From Octopus sinensis (Eukaryota), in assembly GCF_006345805.1 (NCBI RefSeq), contig NC_043000.1:100006001-100070000 (forward strand): a stretch of 64,000 nucleotides of DNA. The letters run 5' to 3'. Under the pieces are notes generated by a model that saw only the letters and a program-made list of their open reading frames with translations, did no database searches and was not told the DNA's origin. Shown here piece by piece: positions 26,488-39,650 of this stretch. The first letter of the stretch is position 1. Each line of letters starts with the position of its first letter. A program made the position numbers and the translations under genes.

Positions 26488-26945
26488 AGGCGGTGAGCTG
26501 GCAGAATCGTTAGTACACCGGGCGAAATGCTTAGCGGTATTTCGTCTGCCGTTAAGTTTTGAGTTCAAATTCTGCCGAAGTCGATTTTGCCTTTCATCCT
26601 TTCGGGGTCGATTAAATAAGTACCTATTTCTTTATTACCCACAAGGGGCTAAACATGGAGGGGACAAACAAGGACAGACATAGGTATTATGTCGATTACA
26701 TCGACCCCAGTGCGTAACTGGTACTTAATTTATCGACCCCGAAAGGATGAAAGGCAAAGTCGACCTCGGCGGAATTTGAACTCACAACGTAACAGCAGAC
26801 GAAGTACCGCAAAGCATTTAGCCCGGTGTGCTGACGCTTCTGCTAGCTCGCCGCCTTTAAATAAGTACCAGTTACGCACTGGGGTCGATGCAATCGACTT
26901 AATCTCTTCCCTCAAATTTGAGGCCTTATTCTTCCAGTAGAAATT
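26488..26945 (+). mobile_element. SINE family B host copy containing an antisense SINE B insertion (26625-26856)
   Basis: 13-bp TSD TTAAATAAGTACC at 26612-26624 and 26857-26869. Confidence 0.9.
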
Positions 26946-27008
26946 ATCATCATCATCATCATCATCATCATCATTATCATCATTATTATTACTATTATTA
27001 TTATAATT

Positions 27009-27050
<42 letters not shown>

Positions 27051-27104
27051 GTCGTCGTCGTCGTCGTCATCATCATCATCATCGTCGTCGTCGTCGTCAT
27101 TATT

Positions 27105-27652
27105 ATTATTATTGTTATCTTTTTTTTCTTCTTTCAAATTTGCTTCCATTTATTGCCGAGTGTCTTCCCGACTCCTAGGGCAAAGAAACTCATAGTATAC
27201 ATTGGTAGGCCATTAAACTAAACTCACTCGTTCGTTCATTTTTTTAAAAAGTTAAATTAAAATACATAGGTAGTAATAGTTCTCACATCGACAATGCTCT
27301 TCTCAATACGTGTGATGTACCAGTTAAGACAATCTTTTGCACTTCTTGCAGGGATGGTAAGCCAGGGATCATTCTCATATAATTTTCAGTTCCCTTCTTG
27401 ATCATTCCTAGTGCTCCAACGATCACTGGTATTGTAACCGCCTTGAGATACCACATTTTCTTAATTTTAATGAGCAGGTCTTTATATTTTCTGAGCTTGT
27501 CAAACTCTTTCGCCGAGATATTATGATCACAGGGGATGCTCATGTCGGTCAATAAGCAAACTTTATTGTTTTGGTCTTTCACAACAATATCCAGTTTATT
27601 GGCTTTGATGGTTCGGTCTGTATGTACTGGGAAGTCCCACAGAATCGTTACA

Positions 27653-27655
<3 letters not shown>
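27105..27655 (-). mobile_element. R4/Dong-type LINE 3' fragment (RLE endonuclease, 3' UTR) in a (TAA)n tract
   Basis: VTILWDFPVHTDRTIKANKLDIVVKD...DMSIPCD...KYKDL...IPVIVGALG...VLRRALSM*; TAA repeats on both flanks. Confidence 0.85.
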
Positions 27656-27736
<81 letters not shown>

Positions 27737-27737
<1 letters not shown>

Positions 27738-28292
27738 TCCTCATGTCAGTTCGAACGACATATTTCGCAAAAACTAGTTGTTAGCGCTCCGAGTACCCCC
27801 TACAGGTACTCGGATAACAGTTACTCTCCTCATTGCCCACATTCTATCAATTTCATCACGCGTGCATCCTCCTGTATGGCCTTATCTATGATCTACGTTT
27901 CCTTTTTCTTTTCTCGACCACAACAACGTCTGGTTTCCGAGCATCAATTAGGGAGTCACACTGGGTTGTAAAATCTCACAGGATCTTATATTCATTGTTC
28001 TCAGTGACGTCCTTTGGTTCATGTTTGTACCATTTCCGTGCTGTGCCCAGACCGTACTTTTCACACAGTCTCCAGTGAATAAACTTACCTATGCTATCAT
28101 GCCTTCTTCTGTAGTGTTTTTGGGTCAGCTTGCCACACTCACTGACAATATATGAGACTGTTCCGATTTTGCTGTCACACATCCAACAAAGGGGCAATTC
28201 AACTGATCTTATCTGTTTGAACTTTGTGTAGTTAGTTCTCAGAGCTTGTTCCTGAGCGCTACATACCAGTGCCTCAGTGCATCCTTTCAGAA
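27737..28292 (-). mobile_element. Second R4/Dong-type LINE fragment (CCHC knuckle plus start of RLE)
   Basis: TEALVCSAQEQALRTN...CWMC...YIVSEC...YRRRHD...HWRLC...WYKHEP...RKPDVVV. Confidence 0.8.
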
Positions 28293-29063
28293 TTTCGATG
28301 CATTTCGCAACGGTTTAAACGGCTCATCAACAAGAATTATTCTGTCTATTATACAAAAGAACAATGGCTTGCAGCTACTTACATAATCATAATTCACTTG
28401 TATAATCGTTGATGATACCGAAACAACCTCTGAGTGTGTATAAATTGTAAATAAATAAGTTTAGAAGCGTATGTTTTTAATAAATTTAGATTTAACCTTG
28501 CCGCCTAGAATAGACCTTATGGTAAAACGGCGTTGTTCTCCCTTTAGTATTAACCAAATAACGACAAGACTGGTTTCCCGTGACTTATTTTTGACTTATC
28601 AGAAGTTGGACTTAAAAAGAAATGAACGCTACCAATAAGCAGGCATAACCAAGTGAAAAACACATCAACCCCCCCCCCCCACACACAAAGATAACAAATA
28701 TATTTGTAACTATCTACACACAGACACACATGCACGTTTGTATTTATTCACATACGTACGTGAACATATTTTTACACAGGATGATATAAAGATACTGAAA
28801 AAAAAACAAAAAAACAAAAATAGAACGCTATAAGATAGAGAGATAGGTTTGATAGATCAATGAATGAATCGATGAATCAATGGGTGGCCGTTTCAATGGT
28901 TAGCTCGATGGCTGAAAACTAGATAGATTGGAAATTGGGATGGAACTGATTGACTGAATTGATAGTCAGACAAATATAATAAAAGACAAATATACAGACG
29001 AGTGTGTGTGTGAGAGAGAGAAAGAAAGAGAGAGAGAGAGAGACGGAGAGAAAGAGAGAGAAG

Positions 29064-29107
<44 letters not shown>

Positions 29108-29609
29108 GAAAATAAGAATTCAGTCGGTGGACCTTTGTAGAAACTGTTCAGTGAGTGAGATAAGTAAGGCATTGATTGCTTTAGAGTTTCTGGTCTTTCT
29201 ATCATTATTCTTACGCATCTTTGACTAAAAGTCTCACAACAGTTCTAGCAAACACATAGGGTCGAACACACCTACACCTACATACATGTATACGCACATA
29301 CACATACACATACAACGTGAGATGCCTACAGATATACATAAATGCGCAGGTAATCATAGACAGGGAACATACAGATGCAGTATAGTTAAACTTTACCATT
29401 GCTACACATGATATGGTACTTTTAAACAAATATGCGTACATATGTGTGCTTGCATGCACATGTGCACACACTCACATATATATACATTTATGTGTGTGTG
29501 TGCGCGCGTGTGTATGTATAGATACATTTATGCTTCAAGCAACACAAACATACAATTATGCACACATTTTTATCTATTTATTTATCGGTCCAACAATATA
29601 CGTATACTA

Positions 29610-29826
29610 TATATTTCTTTATTGCCCACAAGGGGATAAACATAGAGGGGACAAACAAGGACAGACAAACGGATTAAGTCGATTACATCGACCCCAGTGC
29701 GAAACTGGTACTTTATTTATCGACCCCGAAAGGATGAAAGGCAAAGTCGACCTCAGCGGAATTTGAACTCAGAACGTAGCGGCAGACGAAATACCGCTAA
29801 GCATTTCGCCCGGTGTGCTAACGTTT
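29610..29826 (-). mobile_element. SINE family B, young, slightly 5'-truncated
   Basis: Close match to the 10022 copy; TACTATAT flanking repeats. Confidence 0.9.
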
Positions 29827-30259
29827 ACTATATGCGTGTGTGTGTGTGTACGTAGTTATATACTTAAACAGACACAGTCATACACACAAACTCACGCGTA
29901 CACACACATATACACATTTATGAAATATTAACCATAACCATTTATATATACTAGTACCACTAATATGAGATAACATGGATACCTTTACGTTGTCAATCAA
30001 TCTGCATGAAACTGGATCGAAATCTCCCTTAAACACTATTCTATCCTCCTTAAAAAATGATAAATATATCGAATAAACTGATATCGGATATGTAAGACAG
30101 GATGGTCACATCTAGAGTACCTGTGAAACGATAGATCTCGACACGCAAGACTAGTCGTCTCAGCATGTCCGACTGCTGTCAGAGAGCTACAGCAGCTACG
30201 GCTCTCAGTGAGTGGGCTATATTTGACAAATTCTGCAAAATATTTACAGAAATATGAAA

Positions 30260-30906
30260 TACAAGAGGGTATCAAAATGTTTCCGGACTCGTTCTGTAGT
30301 GCTCCAAGAAGTACTTGGTTTTTAAAAAAATTTATTGATATTTAAGCTCAACCCGAAAAGATCTGCCACGGGCGTCACCCCTGGAAATATGGCATTATAC
30401 TTCAAGAATTCATTCCCCAGGGCCGGACCGTCAATCGAGAGTTCTACTGTAACGTTTTGAAGTATTTCCGGGAGGACATTCGGCGAAAGCAACAGAATCT
30501 CTGGAACACGAAGAATTGGATTCTTCACGATGACAATGTACCCGATCACCGAGCTCTGCTCATTCGCGAGTTTCTCGCCAGAAACAACATAGTGTCGTTT
30601 TCGTACCCGTTCTATTCGCCAGATTTAGTACCTGCGGACTTCCAGCTCTTCCCCAAGATGAAAATGCAGTTCAAAGGTCGCTGTTTTAACACCGTTATTG
30701 AGATCCGGAGCGAATCGCAGGTCCTCGACACGCTTACGGAAAAAGACTTTCAGGTCGGATTCCAAAAGTGACATGAACGCTGAGACCGGTGTATTGTTGT
30801 ACAAGGCAACTATTTCGAAGGCGATGATGTTAAAACTTAGGTATATAAGATTTTAATTTTTTTTTATTAAACAACTACCCCGGGAACCTTCTGATACCAT
30901 CTCCTA
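30260..30906 (+). mobile_element. Internally deleted mariner (irritans-like TIRs)
   Basis: TIRs TACAAGAGGGTATCAAAATGTTTCCGGA / CCGGGAACCTTCTGATACCATCTCCTA; WILHDDNVPDH, FYSPDLVPADFQLFPKMK. Confidence 0.85.
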
Positions 30907-31328
30907 TACATACTTCATAGGAAAGGACACGATCTTGTAAGCAAAATAACAATGACATCAACAACAACAGAAACGATCCAGAAAAGACGGTGACAGTACT
31001 TCCTGCTTGGAAGTACCGTTATTTTTTCCTTTCTGTTGTCACAAGTCCGCACTGAATACATTTCAATATGAACGTTTCAAAAGTATATAAATAAGCTGTG
31101 TAAAGATAACATAAAAAATCTGAAAATTATACAATATAGCAATAATGCCGTTAAAACATCTTTAGGGAACAAAATGATTTTACTATCATACACGATATTT
31201 ATGTAGCAGTAGTAAAGAAAATATTCTTCCAGCTATAATACAGATCTTACAGAATCAAAAATTATACTGAAATTAATCTAGATTAACTCTTTCACAATGG
31301 AGCTGGTCTGATTACATATCCTCTATAC

Positions 31329-32268
31329 CAGTGCTTCTCGAACTATCTGATGTGGCGTACTGGTAGTTTTTTTCCCAATGTGTCAGGGACCGGTAATATT
31401 TCTTAGGAGTGACGTGAGGTAAGAGGTTCATCGCCTCAATATGTGTCTTATTATGTTTTGAATTGTAATGGACTTGTTAGTCCAAAGAAATTGTAAAATA
31501 TTGTAAATTGTAAGAGGGTTATTACCTCAATGTGTATTTTATTAAAACAACAATGTTATAGAGAAGCAGAGGGTCGGCGGGCGCTTTCTGTCTTCTCCCA
31601 TAATTATCATCCTGTATTATTATTATTCGCCTCATCAATGTCTTTTCCAGTCTGCAAAGCTACCCATCTTTGTACTGCCTCTATGGCAAATGAAATGAAA
31701 TAAAGTAACTTCCTTACCAACCACATGGTTCCGGGTTCAGTCACACTGCGTGGCACATTGGTCAAGTGTCTTCTACTATAGCCTCGGGCCGACAAGAGCC
31801 TTGTGAATGGATTTGGTAGACGGAAACTGAAAGAAGCCCGTCGTATATATGTATATATGTGTATATATATGTGTGTGTGTATGTTTGTGTGTCTGTGTTT
31901 ATCCCCCTAGCATTGCTTGACAACCAATGATAGTGTGTTTATGTCCCCGTAACTTAATGGTTCGGCAAAAAATACCGATAGAATAACTACTAGGCTTACA
32001 AAGAATAAGTCCCGGGGTCGATTTCCTCAACTAAAGGCGGTGCTCCAGCATGGCCGCAGTCAAATGACTGAAACAAGTAAAAGAGTAGAAGAGTAATATT
32101 AATTTATACCGGAAACAATATATATAATGAATATAATAAAAGTTGACAATTTTTTTTATCTTTACAAATAATACAATATAACATAAGCATTTTATAATGT
32201 TTCTTTTCTGGAAACTCACCGCGTATCGGCAGCTGATGGCTCGAAGACCACTACTTTGAGTAGCACTG
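31329..32268. mobile_element. Non-autonomous hAT element with perfect 8-bp TSD, carrying a nested SINE
   Basis: TIRs CAGTGCTTCTCGAA / TTTGAGTAGCACTG; TSD CTCTATAC at 31321-31328 and 32269-32276. Confidence 0.9.
31704..32093 (+). mobile_element. SINE family A nested in the hAT element
   Basis: Near full-length match to the 14983 copy. Confidence 0.9.
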
Positions 32269-32393
32269 CTCTATACCATATACATAAAATCATGCATTGA
32301 ATAGACAGGTGTTACAAAAGACATTTATAATCGAATGAGGAACGACATAAGTGTTCATGCTAAAAACCAAGCTACAAGGCACATTAATATGTG

Positions 32394-32444
<51 letters not shown>

Positions 32445-32457
32445 TGTGTGTGTGTGT

Positions 32458-32502
<45 letters not shown>

Positions 32503-32519
32503 GTGCATGCATATATGTT

Positions 32520-32572
<53 letters not shown>

Positions 32573-33096
32573 TAATATTTAGCAGAAGCAACAGATTAAC
32601 TCAAGATACGAGAGTTACTCTATTATATACTCATATTTTGATATCTATTTTTCCTGTTCGCACCAACATACACACACACACATGCACATGTATGATCTTT
32701 GTGTGCAAGCTATTCCCGACGTCACCATCCGCCTAGAAACCCATCGACGCTTTCTAGCTTTTAAATAGCACAAATAAGAAAAGAACTAACTAAAAAGTAC
32801 CACAACTAAACAGCCTTTATATCCTAAACAAAGCACGCCAACACAAACATCCTCGTATCACATCAAACCAGCTTCAATAGCTCTTTCCCAGGCATCGCAT
32901 TCTGCTTTAGGCACCCAACACAACCACCTGGAAAACGATTCTTGAAATAGCATCGGACCATCTACTAATCATCATCACAACACACTTTCGTAAATTTCTG
33001 AATTAAGAATATTTTGAGGAGTTCGTGCCGGCTCTTTCCGAGCTGAGCTCAAACATTTTTATTCTTTAGAAATATCGATATATTTTTAAAAACCAA

Positions 33097-33169
33097 GTTG
33101 TTGTTGTTGTTCTTCTTGTTCTTCTTGTTCTTCTTGTTCTTGTTCTTCTTTTTCTTCTTGTTCTTGTTC

Positions 33170-33216
<47 letters not shown>

Positions 33217-33338
33217 CTTCTTCTTCTTCTTCTTCTTCTTCTTCTTCTTCTTCTTTCTTCTTCTTCTTCTCTTCTTCTTCTTCTTCTTCTCCTTCTTCTT
33301 CTTCTTCTTCTTCTTCTTCTTCTTCTTCTTCTTCTTCT
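33097..33338. repeat. (TTG)n/(TTC)n trinucleotide mosaic
   Basis: Direct reading. Confidence 0.95.
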
Positions 33339-33644
33339 ATTTTGGATTGCATTCCGTAATGTAATCTTAGATACATTGAAAATAATATGAGCTGGTTATG
33401 GCCAGAGTTCTTTGATCATGCACCCACATGGTCAGTGCTGAAGTATGGTGGGTGGCAAACATAAATTCTAACGCCTGCCCTCCTCGCCCACTCACACTAT
33501 ACCTTCACGACTGGAGCCGACCTAGAGACTAATAATAAAACCACATTGGCCGATAAGGAAAGATTTATGCAGTGACTCAATCTGCTACGAAAGCAATCAA
33601 AGTAGTGCAAATCATATACTATCGTTTCGAGAGTTTCTCAAGTC

Positions 33645-33787
33645 TACTGTGCGGATCCAAGCACTGTAACACCGATGGACGAAGTGTGTGGATCGTGAGA
33701 GGGACTATGTTGAAAAATTAACTTCATGCGGTCACATTCCATGAGGGTATCTTAATCAGCTTATGAACTTTTCAGCCGACCTTCGTA
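33645..33787 (+). mobile_element. Mariner 3' terminal fragment
   Basis: HRWTKCVDRERDYVEK then TIR AACTTTTCAGCCGACCTTCGTA; same family as 37975. Confidence 0.7.
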
Positions 33788-34168
33788 GTGTCGCAGGGTC
33801 TCTGACGCTCTAACGTTTCTATCAATCCACTACCCTTGAATAATTGAGCTACTTCTAACTCAAAATTTTTAACATCATTTTATTAAAAAAATCACAGCTG
33901 GAATATGTATGACCATAAACCTGCTTGACCAGGGCTGATTTGTGGCTAAACAACAACGATGGCGATGAAGATGACTACGACGACGACGATGACGACGAAG
34001 CCAAGTACTTGATCAATGAAATTGTCTGCAATCTACTCCTATGGCCTGGTGCCAACGATAGGGCTATACGTTGGCACTAGTGATATAGCGTCCCACAAAA
34101 TGCCTAAAGGTAAAATTATTGCAAAGAGATGAAATATATATATACATACAGATGTATGAATACATACG

Positions 34169-34200
<32 letters not shown>

Positions 34201-34613
34201 TGTATGTATGTATGTATGTATGTATGTATGTATGTATGTATGTATGCATGAATGTGTGCATGTAGGTGTGTGTGTTTGTACGTGTATGCGTATTTGTGTA
34301 CGTATAATTCTATGCATGTGTGTATGCGCGTGTAAACTGTGAGAACAAACCTACTAGAACACCAGAAGCAGGGCCAGTGAAAGATCATGTCCACCAAAAG
34401 TGGATTTTTCGCAGCAGAAAGGCATATATTTTCAACTGCAAAAAAAAAAAAAAACCTGTAGAAAATACCTAAACCATTGAACTGAAGTAATTTAAGATAT
34501 CTCCCTGCGTGGATAAATATACTCTGATCCAGTGGGGAATTCTGCTATCACCAGACAAACAGATGCAGATAAATCTTATCTTTAACTCTTTCACAAATTT
34601 CATTATTTGTACA

Positions 34614-35132
34614 TCTATCTATATATATATAAAACTGTAGTTGTGTGAGTGTCTGTCCCCTTCGATTTAGATTCCTAACTACTCCCACATTTTGCGGTGC
34701 AGTTTAACCAAATTTGGGTATCTTATAGTCGTGATTCATATCGAGCCCGTCTGAGTATTAGCGCGCGTCTACGATGAGTCTACGATTTTAAAAATAATTT
34801 AACATTATTTTTTATTCCATTTTAATGCATAATTTTTCGTGTGTCGATGGCGGCGGAGTTGGCGTCCATGGTCACACCTGCACCTGTTTGCTTCTCCCCC
34901 TTCTTCCCTCCCTCGTGAAGCTGTGGGGAAGGGAGTGTAAGGAAATCAACGTCGTAAAGCGTTGTCAAGGAGACCAGCGTTCTTTTAGAACAACGACTTC
35001 ATGCCTTGAAGACACCAAAACAGAAATGGCTAAGAAAGCCCGAATTGGCATCTATAAGGGAAGTAACTCTCTAAAAATGCTTATATAGTTATTTCCCTTA
35101 CAAACCCGAGCAACGCCGGGCGATACTGCTAG
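34614..35132 (+). mobile_element. Complete non-autonomous Helitron
   Basis: A|TC 5' end (TCTATCTATATATATATAAAA), 3' hairpin CCCGAGCAACGCCGGG, CTAG|T terminus, no TSD. Confidence 0.9.
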
Positions 35133-35349
35133 TTATTAATAATGCTTATATACCAGAAATACCCCGAGATATATGAAAATATGAAAATATACATATGAAT
35201 ATATCGCTGTGCGTGTACGTTTTTATGTGTATTTCCCAGCCCATTCCATTTATTTTACAAGTATCTGTATTTCAAAGTAGTAATGTGAATATGTCCTTTC
35301 ACTCTATTTTGATAAGCTACTCGCCTTTTTTTTATCTTCTCGGGATGGA

Positions 35350-35582
35350 TGGCGAGCTGGCAGAAACGTTAGCACGCCGGGCGAAATACGTAGCCGTATT
35401 TCGTCTGCCGTTACGTTCTGGGTTCAAATTCCGCCGACGTCGACTTTGCCTTTCATCCTTTCGGGGTCGATAAATTAAGTAGCAGTTACGCACTGGGGTC
35501 GATGTAATCGACTTAATACCTATGCCTGTCCTTGTTTGTCCCCTCTGTGTTTAGCCCCTTGTGGGTAATAAAGAAATAGGTA
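35350..35582 (+). mobile_element. SINE family B, young full copy
   Basis: Full head, core and tail; GG(G/T)ATGGAT flanks. Confidence 0.9.
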
Positions 35583-35879
35583 TGGATAAACAAATATGGA
35601 TATCTTCTCGGTACCCACATCCGTTTATGGTTTGAGTTGTTGAAGAGGTCAAGCATTACGTTAGTTCTGAGTAGAACCGGAATGTATCTAAATGAAACTC
35701 AAGTAACCCTTCTATAAAATATGTATCGTTCATGTACTAGAGTCATTATGATCGAAAAGATAACAATAACCGCAAACGAACGAAACAACAAAACATGAGC
35801 AAACTGTGACCACATTACAATGCAAGAAAGTTGTCTTCTTGTTATTAATTTTCATCGTTATTCTTTCATCCGCTTTGGT

Positions 35880-36010
35880 CGAAAGGTCGACTTTGCCTTT
35901 CATCCTTTCGGGGTGGATAAAGTAAGTACTAAATCATTTCCCTCTAAAACTGTGGGACTTGTGCCAAAATTTGAAACCATTATCATTATTATTATTATTA
36001 TTATTATTAT

Positions 36011-36078
<68 letters not shown>

Positions 36079-36324
36079 AGGCGAGCTGACTGAACCGTTA
36101 GCACGTTGGGCAAAATGCTTAACGACATTTCGTTCGTCTTCGTGTTCTGAGTTCAAATTCTGCCGAAGTCGACTCGGTTTTGCCTTTCAGCCTTTCGGGG
36201 ATTAAATAAGTACCAGTTACGCACTGGGGTAGATGTACTCGACTTAATCCTTCCCCCGAATTTGAGGCCTTGTGCTTCTAGTAGAAAAGTTAACAACAAT
36301 AATAATAACAATAATAATAATAAC

Positions 36325-36365
<41 letters not shown>

Positions 36366-36395
36366 TTATTATTATTATTATTATTATTATTATGA

Positions 36396-36452
<57 letters not shown>

Positions 36453-36902
36453 ACACTATTATGTCGAGCAGGCAGAATCGTTAGCATGGCGGGCAAAATG
36501 CTTAGCGGCATTTAGGTCTCTGTACGCTCTTAGTTCAAATTCCGCCGAGGTCGATTTTACCTTTCATCCTTTCAGGGTCGATAAATTAAGTACAGGTTGT
36601 GTACTGGGGTTGATCTAATCGACTGGCTCCTTCCCACCAAATTTCAGGTCTTGTGCCTATAATAGAAATTATTATTATTATTATTATTATTATTGCGAGC
36701 TGGCAGAATCTTTAGCATGCCGGGAAAAATGCTCAGCGGCATTTCGTCCGTCTTCAAATCCCGAGTACTAATTCCGCCGAGGTCGACTTTGCTTTTCATT
36801 CCTTCGGAGTCGATAAAATAAGTACCAGTTGAGCACTGGGGTCAATGTAATTAACTTACCCTTCCCTCGAAATTGCTGGCCTTGTGCCAAAATTGGAAAC
36901 CA

Positions 36903-36954
<52 letters not shown>

Positions 36955-37015
36955 AGCGGTGAACCGACAATAGTCGTAGCACGCCGGACAAAATGCATAG
37001 CGGCATTTCGTCTAG
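35880..37015 (+). mobile_element. Tandem run of SINE family B copies separated by (TAA/TTA/TAG)n
   Basis: Copies at ~35880, 36078, 36465, 36695 and 36955, all on the + strand. Confidence 0.85.
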
Positions 37016-37974
37016 TATCATTGTTTTTCTTTGCAGTGAGTAAATACTTCAACACAGTTCCGAACAAAGTTGAATTTACCATGTTTTACTTGATGGAAGT
37101 TGGAAATATTTCTATTTTGTTTCCTTTCATTAAAATAGTTGTTCGTTTGAATAACCATCTTTTTACCTTAAGATAGAAAACAAACTTTGTCGTTTGACAT
37201 GTTTTGCATGTTATATTTTTGAAAACATTGTTTACTCGTAATTTAATATGGCTTTTTCTCTGCAAGCTGTAAAATGTATATGCTAGTCTCAAATGTGGTA
37301 GCGATAGTTACACTCCCATAGACAGCTTTGAAAAGCAATAACAAAGATTTGGAAAAAATGAGAAAAAAAAATACTGATAATTGAAAAGAAAAAAAAAAGA
37401 GAGAAAAATAGATAAAGTTATGATAATAGACATTTTGATTTTGAAAGGTAGACAGAAAAAAAATATCTAGAAACAAACAAATTTCAAAACATACTTTAGC
37501 ATTTTAATACTCACCAAACGTTGATATAAAAATTTCATACCAGAGGCAAATAATAACAGATTTGGTGGCTTTGCGAGCCAGAAAGAAGTATTCATACTGA
37601 GCTGGCGCCTGGAAAGTAAAAGAGAACGTCTGCTTTAAGGAAAACTCATTCTGAGTTCAAATCCCACTGAAGTCGACTTTACTTTTCATTCGTTTATGGT
37701 TGATAATATAAAATACTAATCAAGTATTGAATTCATTGGAACTGACTAACCTCCCCTCCTCCGAATTCCAAGCGTTCTGCTTGAGCGTCAGGAAAAATTC
37801 AACTTTGTCTTTCATCTCATCGAAGTCGAAACAATAAAGTACCAGTGAAATACTTGGGTCAATGTAACTGATTAGCCCGCTCCTCTCAAAATTGTTAGCT
37901 TTAAACCTAAATCAGGAACTATTTAAGAGTAATGGATTGACATGATCGTTAGAGCGTCGAAGACCTTGCGACAT

Positions 37975-38360
37975 TATGAGGGTCGCCCGAAAAGATAATT
38001 GGCTGAGCAAGATATTCACATGGAATATGACCAAATGAAGTTTATTATTCAACATAGTCTCCCCTTGCGGTCCACGTACTTCTTCCATTGGTGTTGCAGT
38101 GCTTGAATCCCACTGGTGAAGAAGTGTTCATCCTGTTGATAAAAAAATCTTTAACAACAGACATGACGATACTGGTTCTCAGCCAAGAGTTTTTTAATGC
38201 TGGGGAACAGATAACAGTCAAATGGGACCAAATCAGGAGAATATGGCGGGCGATCAACCAGTTCAAGGCCTCAGTCACACACAGTAACCATTGAAAGTAA
38301 GGACTTGTGTGCTGGAGCATTGTTCTGATGCAACAAGTATCCCTTACTCAGTTTTCCTTT
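37975..38360 (-). mobile_element. Mariner 3' fragment
   Basis: TIR TATGAGGGTCGCCCGAAAAG; broken HQNNAPAH / PYSPDLVPFD / GDYVE motifs. Confidence 0.8.
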
Positions 38361-39650
38361 CGACATTTTATGTTCTGAGTTCAAATCACGATTTGATTAA
38401 TTTGCATTTTATCCTTTAGTGGTGGTAGTGGCGGTGGTGGTCGATGTAATCGACAAGCACCTTCTCCTCAAAATTGCTGGTCTTGTGCCACAATTAGAAA
38501 CCAAAGTGAATGAGCTAGAAGAGTAATTTTCGTGTCAGACTTAATGTATAGCAGCATTTCTCCTGGCTCTTTAAGGTCCGAGTTCAAATTCCACTGAGGT
38601 CGACTTTGCCTTTTACCCTCTCTGGGTCGATGAAATAAGTACCAGCTGAGAACTAGGGTCGATGTAATCGACTTACTTTCTCCTTGACATTGCTGGCTTT
38701 GTGTCAAAATTTGAAACCATTTGGCAGAAACGTTACCAAGGTGGCGAGCTGGCAGAAACGTTAGCACGCCGGGCGAAATGCTTAGCGGTATTTCGTCTGC
38801 CCGTCCAGCTGGGGAACACATACGCCATAAAAACCGGGAAACCGGGCCCATAAGCCTGGCTAGGCCTTAAAAAGGAGCATTTATTTTAGGCGGGGGAAGC
38901 TGGCAGAAACGTTAGCATGCCGGGTGAAATGCGTAGCCGTATTTCGTCTGCCGTTACGTTCTGATTTCAAATTCCGCCGAGGTCGACTTTGCCTTTCATC
39001 CTTTCGGGGTCGATTAAATAAGTACCAGTTACGCACTGGGGTCGATATAATCGACTTAATCCGTTTGTGTCCTTCTTTGTCCTCCCTGGTTTAGCCCCTT
39101 GTGGGCAATTAAGAAATAAGAAACGTTACCATGCCGGGAAAAATGCTTAGCGGCATTTCTTCCGTCGAGGCTGATTTTGCTTTTCACCTTTCGGGATCGA
39201 TAAAATAAGTACCGGTTCAGCATTGGGGTCGATGTACTCGCCTCTCAACCCCACAAAATTTCAAGTATTGTGCTTCAAGTGGAAAGAATTATTATTATCA
39301 CAGTTTGGTCGAAGGCAATGTTTAGCAGGATCGATTCTGTCAAGATGAACCGTCTTTAATACATTCAGGGACGATGAAAGTACTAGCCAATCGCTGTTAT
39401 CGATATAATCGACAGTTCCTTCACTCAAATAAGCCTTATGTATATGATAGAATCTATTATTATTGTTGGGTCGTTGAGATGGTATGCGGCGGACTAAATT
39501 CCTTACAGTAATTCGATGTTCCTAGTTCGAATTCTACCCGTGTCAAATATTTTCTTTCATCTTTTCAGGTTTGTTATAATAATTACTAAGCAGGTGCAAT
39601 TAATCAATAATTTCGATTACAGCCGATCTCCTTCCATCCCATCCTATTGC
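38340..39650 (+). mobile_element. Cluster of nested and tandem SINE family B copies including a TSD-flanked composite insert (38739-39118)
   Basis: TSD AGAAACGTTACCA at 38726-38738 and 39119-39131. Confidence 0.8.

Noticed and set aside
33086-33376. Poly-E/Q ORF
   Set aside because: Pure trinucleotide repeat without splice signals or unique coding flanks
35880-39300. Regularly recurring repeats with variable spacers (CRISPR-like look)
   Set aside because: Units are ~200-bp diverged SINEs in eukaryotic DNA; no cas genes
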